Both the position numbers and the translations under genes were made by a program. 64,000 bases of DNA, taken from the NCBI GenBank assembly GCA_963823035.1, contig CAWGKG010000020.1, forward strand, positions 1 through 64,000, in the 5' to 3' direction. Positions within the stretch are counted from its first letter, which is position 1. Every line of letters begins with the position of its first letter. The DNA is from an uncultured Gemmatimonadales bacterium (GTDB lineage: Bacteria; Gemmatimonadota; Gemmatimonadetes; Longimicrobiales; Gaopeijiaceae). The notes beneath the pieces are model-generated. The model saw only the letters and a list, made by a program, of their open reading frames with translations. It was not told where the DNA came from and made no database searches. Shown here piece after piece: positions 44,906 to 53,529 of this stretch.

Positions 44906-46491
44906 CAGTGCATGGCGTCGCTGGCCACTTCCGCCTCGCGAATCAGGCGGTCGCGACGGGTGCCGTGCTTCTCCATCAGCCGGTAGAGGGTGGTCCGATC
45001 GACACCGGCGAGCTTGGCGGCGTCCGAGATGTTGCCGCCGGCCTGGCGCACCACGTGCCTCAGGTAGGCGGTCTCGAACTCTCCGACCACCTTCTCGCGG
45101 GCCGTGCGGTAGTCCAGGTCCATCACGCCGTCGCCGTAGAAGGGCGTCTGCTCATGCACCGTCTGCGGCTGGTCGTCGATGAACGGGATGTCGGAGGCCA
45201 GCACCTCGGCTCCGGGCGCGATCAGCACGGTGAGGTGCTCCACCACGTTCCGGAGCTCGCGTACGTTGCCGGGCCAGGGCGCCCGCCGGAGCGTTTCGAT
45301 GGCTTCCTTCGAGAAGCGCGGCGGTGGTGCCGACGGGTCCCGATGGGCGGCCCAGAACTCGCGCAGGAAGCGCTCCGCCATGAGCGGGATGTCGTCCTGG
45401 CGCTCCCTCAGAGGCGGGATGTGGATGGGTACGACGCGCAGGCGGTAGTGCAGGTCCTTGCGGAGCTGCCCGTCCTCGATCGCTTCGATGGGATCGCGGT
45501 TCGTGGCCGCGATGAAGCGCACGTTGACCACGGCGTCCGTCTTCACCGAGCCCACCCTGCGCACCACCCCGTCCTGGAGGACACGCAGCAGCTTCGCCTG
45601 CGTGGGAAGGGGCAGCTCGGTCAGCTCGTCGAGGAAGAGGGTGCCGCCGTTGGCCACCTCGAGCAGGCCCTGCTTCTCCCGGACGGCGCCGGTGAACGCC
45701 CCGGCCACGTGGCCGAACATCTCGGACTCGAGGAGCGTCTCGGGGATCGCCGCGCAGTTCACCGGAACGAGCTCGCGGCTGGCGCGGCGGCTGTGCCGGT
45801 GGATGAACTGCGCGATGACTTCCTTGCCGGTCCCGCTCTCGCCGGTGATGAAGACGGACGCATCCGTCTGCGCCACCTTCGTCGCGACGTCGAGCACCTG
45901 CCGGAACGCCTCGCTCTCGCCGAGCAGCGTCGGGCTGTGCGGGTCGACGACCGCGTCCTCGGTCTGAGCGATCGTGCGGCTCTCACGCGCCACGATGACC
46001 GCATGGGCCGCCCGCCCGACCAGGATCTGGAAATGGGTGGCCGAGAACGGCTTCGGCAGGTAGTCCCAGGCGCCCTCCCGAAGCGCCGTCACGCTCGACT
46101 CCACGCTCGGGTTGCCCGTCATGACGATCGCGACGGAGTCCGGGTGGACGTCGAGCGCAGCGCGCAGGATCTCCAGCCCGGACACCTGCGCCATGTAGAG
46201 GTCGAGCAGGAGGATGTCGAAGCGCTGGCGCTTGACCAGCCGGATGGCTTCGTCGCCCCGGCCGCACACGGTCACGTCGAAGCCCTCGGACGCCAGCAGG
46301 GAGGCGCAGCTCTCTCGCAGGGAATGCTCGTCGTCGACGATCAGGATCTCGATCGTCTTCCGCTGCTCGGCGTCGAGCTCGATCAATTCCCGTCCGGGGG
46401 AGGCCGGGAGCCGCGAGCTTCCTCCACCGTAGCCACGGCGGAGGGCCGCTTCCGCGTCGGGCCGTCCTGGCGTGCGGGGGGGGGCGCTCAT
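44905..46491 (-). CDS. sigma54-dependent response regulator (REC-AAA+-Fis HTH, NtrC family)
   Basis: ILIVDDE, LLDLYM, GESGTGKE, intact GAFTGA, LFLDE, WPGNVREL and AAKLAGVDRTTLYR. Confidence 0.95.
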   Translation of the reverse strand: MSAPPRTPGRPDAEAALRRGYGGGSSRLPASPGRELIELDAEQRKTIEILIVDDEHSLRESCASLLASEGFDVTVCGRGDEAIRLVKRQRFDILLLDLYMAQVSGLEILRAALDVHPDSVAIVMTGNPSVESSVTALREGAWDYLPKPFSATHFQILVGRAAHAVIVARESRTIAQTEDAVVDPHSPTLLGESEAFRQVLDVATKVAQTDASVFITGESGTGKEVIAQFIHRHSRRASRELVPVNCAAIPETLLESEMFGHVAGAFTGAVREKQGLLEVANGGTLFLDELTELPLPTQAKLLRVLQDGVVRRVGSVKTDAVVNVRFIAATNRDPIEAIEDGQLRKDLHYRLRVVPIHIPPLRERQDDIPLMAERFLREFWAAHRDPSAPPPRFSKEAIETLRRAPWPGNVRELRNVVEHLTVLIAPGAEVLASDIPFIDDQPQTVHEQTPFYGDGVMDLDYRTAREKVVGEFETAYLRHVVRQAGGNISDAAKLAGVDRTTLYRLMEKHGTRRDRLIREAEVASDAMH

Positions 46492-46640
46492 GAACACACC
46501 TCTTGTGGACGAGGCCAGATTTTCTGACTGTTGGCAAGATGGGGAATTCTCGCCAACGAGGCGAGGCTCCAAACTTCTCCGTACTGTTGCGACCACGCAA
46601 GTCTTTCGTTCAACGTGACAACGGTTGCGGCGCAACGAAG

Positions 46641-46658
46641 TGTGCGCCATCCGCAACA
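46641..46658. promoter_or_regulatory. TGT-N12-ACA dyad in the activator/wzc divergent region
   Basis: TGTGCGCCATCCGCAACA, next to the near-palindrome GTTGCGGCGCAAC. Confidence 0.45.
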
Positions 46659-46702
46659 GCGTTTCCGTGGGTTGTTCCGCCCCCACCTCAGAGATTCAAC
46701 CG

Positions 46703-49177
46703 ATGGCTGACGATAAACTCATCCCCACTGGCGCCCAGGGTTCAGACGAAGCGCCTCTGGTGGGGGCAGGTCCCATGGGCATGCCCGCGGGGTGGGGAGG
46801 GGTGGCTCCTCTCGCGATGGAGGAACCCGAAGAGGAGAGCGTCGACCTACGGCGGTACCTCGTCGCGGTATGGCGGCGGAAGTGGCTGCTCGCCATCGCG
46901 CTCGTGATCGGTCTCGGGATCGCGGCGTTCCTCTGGACGCACGTCCAGGTCCAGTACACGGCGGTGGGCAACCTGTGGATCCAGAAGGACGGCGGCGGCG
47001 GCGAGTCGGTCGAGCTCCGGCGACGTGGAGCCGATCCGGCAGAGCGGCCTCTTCTCGGCCAACGCCTGGATCGAGCTGCTCCGGTCCTACGCCGTGCTGG
47101 ACTCCGTGGTGATCAAGGAGCACATGTACCTGACGGCGCCGCCCAAGTACGAGCAGGCCTTCTCTACGTTCGAGCTCCAGACGCGCTTCGCGCCCGGAGA
47201 CTTCCGCCTCACCCTCGCCGACGACGGCCGTGGCTACACGCTGTCGAGCGGCGACGGGGCCTTCATCGAGAGTGGCACCGTTGGGCGACTCGATCGGCAC
47301 GCAGGTCGGTTTCCGGTGGGCCCCTCGGCCGGGGTCGTTCCCGGCCGGCGTCAAGGTGGACTTCACCCTCGTTCCGCCTCGCGAGGCGTCCACCGCGTTG
47401 TCCAACCGCGTGGCTACCGCGCATGGACAAGGACGGCAACTTCATCGGCCTTTCCCTGCGCGGAACGAATCCCCAGAAGATCGCCTCGGTCCTGAACGCG
47501 ATCATGGACCGGCACGTGGCGATCGCGGCGGACCTGTCGAAGCGAAAGCTCGACGAGGTGGTGTCCATCCTCGATGAGCAGCTCAAGTACGCCCAGGACG
47601 AGCTGGAGAGCGCCGAGCGGCAGCTCGAGAGCTTCCGGGTCGCCACCATCACCCTCCCCTCGGACAACGCGACACCGATCGCACCCGGGCTGGAGCAGAC
47701 GCGCGATCCCGTGTTCGGGAACTTCTTCCAGATGAAGGTGGACGTCGGTCAGATCGCGCGGGACCGGGAACGCCTCCAGAGCATCGCCGATACTCTTGCC
47801 CAGGGGACCATGAGTCTCGAGGCGCTCCAGGGGGTCGCGGCTGCGACCTCGTCCCTCGAGCTCTCGCGCGTGCTCCAGGAGCTGGTGGACGCGCGCGCTC
47901 AATTGCGTGCCCTGCGCGACCGCTACTCGGACGACTACCCACCCGTCCAGGACCAGCTCACCCGCATCCACACGATCGAGACCGAGGCCGTGCCCCGGGT
48001 ACTGACGAGCATCCTGTCCGAGCTGAGCACCAGGCAGCGGAGCCTTCAGGCGAGGATCGACTCCGCCTCGGCGGAGCTGGCGGCCATCCCGCCGCGCACC
48101 ATCGAGGAGGCCCGCCTCCGGCGGCGGGTGGCCATCCAGGAGACGCTCTACAACGAGCTGCGCCAGCGCGTGGAGACGGCGAGGCTCGCGTCGGCCAGCT
48201 CGATCCCGGACGTGACGATCCTCGACCGGGCTTCGGTGCCGCACACGCCGAGCGACGACTCGAGACTCCCCCTGGCGGCGATGGCCATCTTCGGGCCGTT
48301 GGCCGTGGCCGTTCTGCTGGCGATCCTGATGGACCGCGCGGACCCGCGCTTCCAGTACCCGTCCCAGGTGAGCCGCGAGATCGGCCTCGACATCCTGGGG
48401 AGCATCCCACGGATCGGAAACGGAGACGGGTCGGCCGGGGAGGACAACGCGCAACACGTCCTGGAGGCGTTCCGGGAGCTGCGCCTGACGATCGGCTTCG
48501 CGTTCGGTTCGGCGGGGCCCCTCACGCTCGCGATCACCAGCCCCGCGCAGGGGGAGGGGAAATCGCTCATCTCGACGAACCTGGCGGTGGCCTACGCGGA
48601 GATGGGGCGGCGCACGCTCCTCATCGACGGCGACACCCGGCGGGGTGACGCGCACAGGCTGCTCGCCCGGCAGCGCGCGCCGGGCCTCACGGACTACCTG
48701 CGCGGGAACGTGCAGATGGACATCATCCAACACACGGAGTACGAGCGGCTGCACTTCATCGGCTCGGGCACGCGCAGCGGCACCACGCCGGAGCTGCTGG
48801 CGTCGTCGAGGATGTCCACCTTCCTGGGGACCCTGAAGCGCTCCTACGACGTCATCATCATCGACACCCCGCCGCTCGCGGCCGGGGGAGACGCGGTCCT
48901 GCTCGGGGCGCTCACGGGCAACCTCGCTCTGATCATCCGGACCGGCTCGACGGACAAGCTGCTCACGCTCGCGAAGATGGAGCCCCTGACGCGCCTGCCC
49001 ATCCGGCTCCTGGGTGCGATCCTCAACGACGTGGAGCCGAAGGGGTCGGGCTACAGCTACTACTCGTCCTACCTGCCGGGATACGAGCCCGGGCACGAGG
49101 AGGAGGAGCTGGACGAACGGGGTGTGGCCCGGTCCCCGCTGCTCGCGGAGGCAGGCGGAGGCGATCAGGCGCCGTAG
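46703..49177 (+). CDS. Wzc-like polysaccharide co-polymerase / tyrosine autokinase (frameshifts 47000-47430)
   Basis: VDLRRYL + TM, coiled coil, Walker A SPAQGEGKS, LLIDGD, IIIDTPP and Tyr cluster GYSYYSSY. Confidence 0.92.
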   Translation: MADDKLIPTGAQGSDEAPLVGAGPMGMPAGWGGVAPLAMEEPEEESVDLRRYLVAVWRRKWLLAIALVIGLGIAAFLWTHVQVQYTAVGNLWIQKDGGGGESVELRRRGADPAERPLLGQRLDRAAPVLRRAGLRGDQGAHVPDGAAQVRAGLLYVRAPDALRARRLPPHPRRRRPWLHAVERRRGLHREWHRWATRSARRSVSGGPLGRGRSRPASRWTSPSFRLARRPPRCPTAWLPRMDKDGNFIGLSLRGTNPQKIASVLNAIMDRHVAIAADLSKRKLDEVVSILDEQLKYAQDELESAERQLESFRVATITLPSDNATPIAPGLEQTRDPVFGNFFQMKVDVGQIARDRERLQSIADTLAQGTMSLEALQGVAAATSSLELSRVLQELVDARAQLRALRDRYSDDYPPVQDQLTRIHTIETEAVPRVLTSILSELSTRQRSLQARIDSASAELAAIPPRTIEEARLRRRVAIQETLYNELRQRVETARLASASSIPDVTILDRASVPHTPSDDSRLPLAAMAIFGPLAVAVLLAILMDRADPRFQYPSQVSREIGLDILGSIPRIGNGDGSAGEDNAQHVLEAFRELRLTIGFAFGSAGPLTLAITSPAQGEGKSLISTNLAVAYAEMGRRTLLIDGDTRRGDAHRLLARQRAPGLTDYLRGNVQMDIIQHTEYERLHFIGSGTRSGTTPELLASSRMSTFLGTLKRSYDVIIIDTPPLAAGGDAVLLGALTGNLALIIRTGSTDKLLTLAKMEPLTRLPIRLLGAILNDVEPKGSGYSYYSSYLPGYEPGHEEEELDERGVARSPLLAEAGGGDQAP

Positions 49178-50094
49178 GCGCGTACCGGGAAGCCCCCTTC
49201 ATCGACCTGGGCCCGCCGGAGCGCCATCGTGGCCTTGAAGAGGAGATCCTCCGGGTTGACCGGCTCGGTGGCGGCCGTGGCGTAGAAGCCGGCGCGCAGG
49301 CGGAACTCGTCCGCCACGAGGCCCGCGGCTCCTGATCCCTCCGGCGTCTCCCGGACGAGGCGCAGCACGCGATCCGCCAGCCGGACCGCACCGTCGCGGT
49401 CCGTGCCCGGAGCGACGATCACGAACTCGCCCGAGGCCAGGCGGCCGACCGTGTCGGAGCCCCGCGTCACGGACTTGAGGGCGCGTGCGATGCCCTCGGC
49501 GAAGGGATCGGAGGATGCCTGAGCCGCCTCCTCCGCGACCGCACGGTTCAGCCACTCCGGCCCGAAAGCGATGCACGCGAGGGGGCGCTCGAAGCGGATC
49601 GCGTCCGCGCTCATCTCGTGGGCTCGCCGGAGCAGTCCGCGGGCGTTGTAGAAGCCCGTGCCCGGGTCGGTGAGCCCCTCCTCCCGAATCCGGTCGGCTT
49701 CCTGCTTGGCCCGCACCAGCGTCTCGACCCGTAGCACCAACTCGCCGGGGTCCACCGGGTGGCGCAGGATGTCCCAGGCGCCCGCGCCGAAGGCCTCCAT
49801 GCGTTCGGCCCTGCCCACGCTGGATGCGGAGATCATGAGCAGGGGCGTGACCGAGTGGACCGTCGGCGCTCGCCGAAGCTCCCGGGCGACCTCGATGCCG
49901 TCGAGATCCGGCAGATGGAAGTCGACGATCATCGCGTCGGGACTGACCTTCTGCACCAGATCGAGGGCCTGGCGCCCGGTATAGGCCTTCAAGACAACAT
50001 GACCCTTCGGCCGCAGGATGCTCTCGATGGAGCGAGACGTCCACTCCTGGTCATCGACGAGCAGGACCAGCGGCGTAAGGGAAGGCAGGTCCAT
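49165..50094 (-). CDS. Response regulator with degenerate GGDEF domain
   Basis: REC motifs VLLVDD and IVDFHLP; TDPGTGFYN; RGSDTVGRLASGEF in place of R.GGDEF. Confidence 0.8.
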   Translation of the reverse strand: MDLPSLTPLVLLVDDQEWTSRSIESILRPKGHVVLKAYTGRQALDLVQKVSPDAMIVDFHLPDLDGIEVARELRRAPTVHSVTPLLMISASSVGRAERMEAFGAGAWDILRHPVDPGELVLRVETLVRAKQEADRIREEGLTDPGTGFYNARGLLRRAHEMSADAIRFERPLACIAFGPEWLNRAVAEEAAQASSDPFAEGIARALKSVTRGSDTVGRLASGEFVIVAPGTDRDGAVRLADRVLRLVRETPEGSGAAGLVADEFRLRAGFYATAATEPVNPEDLLFKATMALRRAQVDEGGFPVRAYGA

Positions 50095-50404
50095 GGTTGC
50101 TCCCACAGGCAGGCTCTTGGATGCGGAGCGTCCACTTGGCAAGGCGCGTCTCCGTCTGTACGGGGGAAGCCACCGGCAGTGTTGCAAGTTTCATGCGAGG
50201 GGCTGAAGGGACATTCATGGAGAGGTGGCCTCGCGCACAACGACAAGATACGTAAACACTTGCGGCGCTGGAAGCCCCGGCGGAGCGGCTCCGGGAGCCG
50301 CTCGAATGTCGTGCAAACCGTGCGTGCCGTGTAGCAAGTCCGCGACCGAGCGGCCACGACTCCGTGACTGTACGACCCCCGCCGATGAGAGTACCTTGGA
50401 TACC

Positions 50405-51272
50405 ATGATCCTTCCCTCCAGGGCATGGGCCCTTCTGCTGTTCCTGCTGCTGTCGGCGGTCCCGGCGGGCCTGTCCGCGCAGATCCCCGTCGAGTTGGGC
50501 GCCAGTGGTGCCGAGCTCTCTCGGGCGAACCTGACCCAGCTCCTGCAGGAGTACGAAGCCGCCGCGACGTCCTCGGCGTACTCCGGCGGGATCAGGGACG
50601 CCGCCCGGACGCGCGCCGCGCATGATCCGCGAGCGGCTCGAGAACGGCGACTTCAGGGCCGGCGACCGCGTCGCGCTCTTCGTCCAGGGCGAGCCCAACC
50701 TCCCCGACACCGTACTGGTGGAGCCGGGGCCGCAGATCACCCTGCCGCTGTTCGGCTCGATCTCGCTCGCCGGCGTGCTGCGCTCGGAGATCCAGGAGCA
50801 CCTCACGCGCGAGCTGGGCAAGATCATCCACGACCCCGTCGTGCGCGCGCAGGGACTCATGCGGCTCTCGATCCAGGGCTCGGTGGGAAGGCCGGGCTTC
50901 TACGTGGTCCCTGCGGACGTGTTGGTGGGCGACGTCCTGATGATCGCCGGTGGGCTGTCCGGGGACGCGAAACTGGACAAGCTGAGGATCGAGCGTGGAT
51001 CCCGCCGCATCCTCGAGGGTGAGGGCATGCAGGAAGCCCTGCTCCAGGGGCGGACGCTCGACCAGCTGAACCTGCAGGCGGGGGATCAGATCGTCCTGCC
51101 GAAGAAGGGCGGCAGCATCACCGGACAGGTCCTCCGCTACGGGATCGTCATCACTGAGCTCGGTCTCCTCGCTGGAGCGTTCGCCTCACGGCGGCTGAAG
51201 CCCCTCAGGACGCCGAAGAAGCTCCGTCTCCGTCCGCCTCCCGCTCGGCCTGAGCCATGGCTTGCCGGATGA
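50405..51272 (+). CDS. Polysaccharide export protein (Poly_export + SLBB, Wza-like), frameshift ~50620
   Basis: Signal peptide; FRAGDRV, ITLPLFGSISLAG, GSVGRPGFY, AGG and LQAGDQIVLP. The 3' end is uncertain (51198-51272). Confidence 0.8.
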
Positions 51273-51645
51273 GCTCGAGCAGCTCGTCCGACGAGAACGG
51301 CTTGCGTAGCACGAACCGGGCGTCGTTCAGCGCCCCGGACAGGATCGGGTCCTCTTCCGCGTAGCCGGTCGTGTAGATGACCGTCATCTCGGGGTGCTCC
51401 TCCAGAAGCGCCTGAGCGAGCGTCGCGCCCCAACCGTCCGGGAGGTTGATGTCCATCAGCAGGACATCGATCGGGTCGCGGTAGATCTCGATCAGCCGGC
51501 CGGCTTCCTCGGCCGATCCCGCCTCGAGCACCTGGAAGCCGCGCCTGCGCATGAGCGTCGAGAACGAGCCACGGATCCCGGGCTCGTCGTCCACGAAGAA
51601 GACGACCGGCGCGCGGCCGGCGTTCACGGCGCGACCCTCGCTCAT
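51205..51645 (-). CDS. Single-domain response regulator
   Basis: FFVDDE, LLMDINLP, YTTGY and LRKPF. Confidence 0.82.
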   Translation of the reverse strand: MSEGRAVNAGRAPVVFFVDDEPGIRGSFSTLMRRRGFQVLEAGSAEEAGRLIEIYRDPIDVLLMDINLPDGWGATLAQALLEEHPEMTVIYTTGYAEEDPILSGALNDARFVLRKPFSSDELLELIRQAMAQAEREADGDGASSAS

Positions 51646-52173
51646 GACCGCGTCGCCTCCGGACGCGGCGACGATTCCCCTGGGGGCATCGGCCGCAGCC
51701 CTCGAGGGGGCCTCGTCCATCAGCGCGCCGGTCTTCCATGAGCCGATGCCCAGGGAGAGCAGCACCAGGAAGGCCGTGAAGTGCTTCGCCTCGGAGATCG
51801 CCGCGCCCGCGATGAAGGCCGACAGGCTGTCCGGCGGGCGCATCGCGCGCATCTGCACCACGTCCAGGGCGAACATGCCCATCACGAGGACCAGGACCAA
51901 CGCGCCCAGCAACTCGAGCGAGGCGATCGCCCGGAGCGTCACGCGGCTTCTGCGCCCGTAGGCCACGAAGGTCGCGAGCACGAGCCCGAGGATCGGCGTG
52001 TGGAGGAACCCCGCGAGGATTCCCCCGAAACCGTAACGCCACCGCACATCCCCGGGCCGAAAGGGCATCGTGTTGGTCAACAGGTCGACGGCCGGCCAGA
52101 AGATCAGGATGAACGCGAAGAGATACAGGCCACGAACGACCCAACCTGAAATGTCGGTCTTGGACAATCGCAT
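51642..52173 (-). CDS. Hypothetical ~4-TM membrane protein (in frame with the REC gene as assembled)
   Basis: Four hydrophobic stretches and a VRWRYG motif. Confidence 0.6.
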
Positions 52174-52232
52174 GGTGGACAATCTGGGGTCCGTGCCTGC
52201 TTCCCCGCAAAGGTTGCGAACCGCGTCACCTC

Positions 52233-52275
52233 AAAAGACAAGGAGTGCGGGCCGGCTTGCACCGACCCGCACTCC
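52233..52275 (-). terminator. Rho-independent terminator after the PEP-CTERM gene
   Basis: Minus strand GGAGTGCGGGTCGG-TGCAAG-CCGGCCCGCACTCC followed by TTGTCTTTT. Confidence 0.8.
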
Positions 52276-52311
52276 CGAGTTTCGTACCTGCGTGACCCGG
52301 GCTTGATGCGA

Positions 52312-53097
52312 TCAGACGTCGCTGATCTCCCGGATCTGCTTCCGGCGAGCCATGGCGAACAGGAAGAGCATGCCCGTCGCGAGGAGCACATAGGTCTCCG
52401 GCTCGGGCGTCACCGTGGTGCCCGGGGTGCGCACGAGCATCTCCTGCGCCGAATACCGGCTGTCCTTGTCGACCGGGGTCAGGATCGACCACTCGGCCAT
52501 GTCCAGGCCACCGAAGCTCGAAGCGCTCATGAGCGCGGCATAGGCCAGGAACGGATTTGCGAGACCGGTCGCCACCGCGTTCGTGGGCGACACTCCGCCA
52601 CTCGTCAGCTTCCAGATGGCAGCGTGGATCCCGGACCACATGTAGGTCTTGTCGCTCACGTGGCTCGCGAAGTAGCTCCCGAACGTGTGGGTCGCCGCGC
52701 CGTCGTACGAGACGGACGACAGCAGGTCCCACGAATCGAAGAGCGAGGCCAGATAGGCCACCTGCGAGTACGTGGCGAGGCCGGCGTTTCCGAGCCTCGT
52801 CTGGGAGAGGTCTCCGCCGCCGATGTTGGACTCGTTGATCGTCCACACCTCGCCGCGGCTCACTTCGTGCGCGAAGTCGATGCAGTACATCGTGAACATC
52901 GGTTGCGTCGGGTCCGACACGAGCTGGCCCGTGTACGGGCCGAGGTAGACGCCGCCCCAGGCCGCCACGACCGCGTCGGCGGTGCCGACCATCTTGATCT
53001 GGTCGCCGTCCTGGAAGGTGACGTCGTCTTGGGCGCGGACGTGGCCCGGTAGGGCCAGTATCGCCAACGCCGCTGCGTAGAAGACAAACCGCTTCAT
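52312..53097 (-). CDS. PEP-CTERM sorted surface protein
   Basis: Signal peptide MKRFVFYAAALAILALPGHVRA; C-terminal VTPEPETY-VLLATGMLFLFAMA-RRK. Confidence 0.9.
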   Translation of the reverse strand: MKRFVFYAAALAILALPGHVRAQDDVTFQDGDQIKMVGTADAVVAAWGGVYLGPYTGQLVSDPTQPMFTMYCIDFAHEVSRGEVWTINESNIGGGDLSQTRLGNAGLATYSQVAYLASLFDSWDLLSSVSYDGAATHTFGSYFASHVSDKTYMWSGIHAAIWKLTSGGVSPTNAVATGLANPFLAYAALMSASSFGGLDMAEWSILTPVDKDSRYSAQEMLVRTPGTTVTPEPETYVLLATGMLFLFAMARRKQIREISDV

Positions 53098-53155
53098 GAA
53101 ACTCACGTCCGGGTTTGGGGGGGAGCCCGAGGTACAGTACTTCACGGAATCTGTC

Positions 53156-53171
53156 TGCAAGGCGTATGCCC
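53156..53171 (-). promoter_or_regulatory. sigma54 promoter of the PEP-CTERM gene
   Basis: GGGCATACGCCTTGCA (GG-N10-GC), about 58 bp before the ATG. Confidence 0.68.
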
Positions 53172-53328
53172 TCCCGGGCCACCCCGTGCGGGTGGGTAGC
53201 ACAGAGGCGTTTCGGCGGGGAGTGAGAGGTCCATCAAAGCGTTGTGGCACATGCAGATGGCACCCTTCGCCCTCCTGGCCGTCGGCACCCACTCGTGCTC
53301 GACGCGATTCATGGCACGGGTTCGCATT

Positions 53329-53346
53329 TGTGACAAATCCGCGACA
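53329..53346. promoter_or_regulatory. TGT-N12-ACA dyad about 160 bp upstream of the PEP-CTERM sigma54 promoter
   Basis: TGTGACAAATCCGCGACA. Confidence 0.5.
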
Positions 53347-53529
53347 CGGATTCCTTCGCGCTACGACATCGCCACGAGGGGTGCCGAAACCGCACGACGC
53401 GAGCGTGCCGGGGCGGGGCCGCGCCCGCACGGAGCCTGCACGCTGGTCGGCTGCGCCCCTTTTCCTTATCTTCCTTGGTTCCGATTTCCCCCCTCGGAAG
53501 ACTGTCCACTCCCTGGAACCACGCAAGCC

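Noticed and set aside
44611..49096. Long antisense ORFs (44611-46527, 47414-49096; likewise 58157-59956)
   Set aside because: These are high-GC shadows of well-supported genes on the opposite strand.
49165..50094. Hypr-type cGAMP synthase partnering the riboswitch
   Set aside because: The catalytic GG(D/E)EF motif is degenerate (ASGEF), so synthesis is unlikely.
53312..53326. TGGCACGGGTTCGCA as a sigma54 promoter for sat
   Set aside because: GG-GC spacing is 9 rather than 10; it would need a sequencing deletion to fit.
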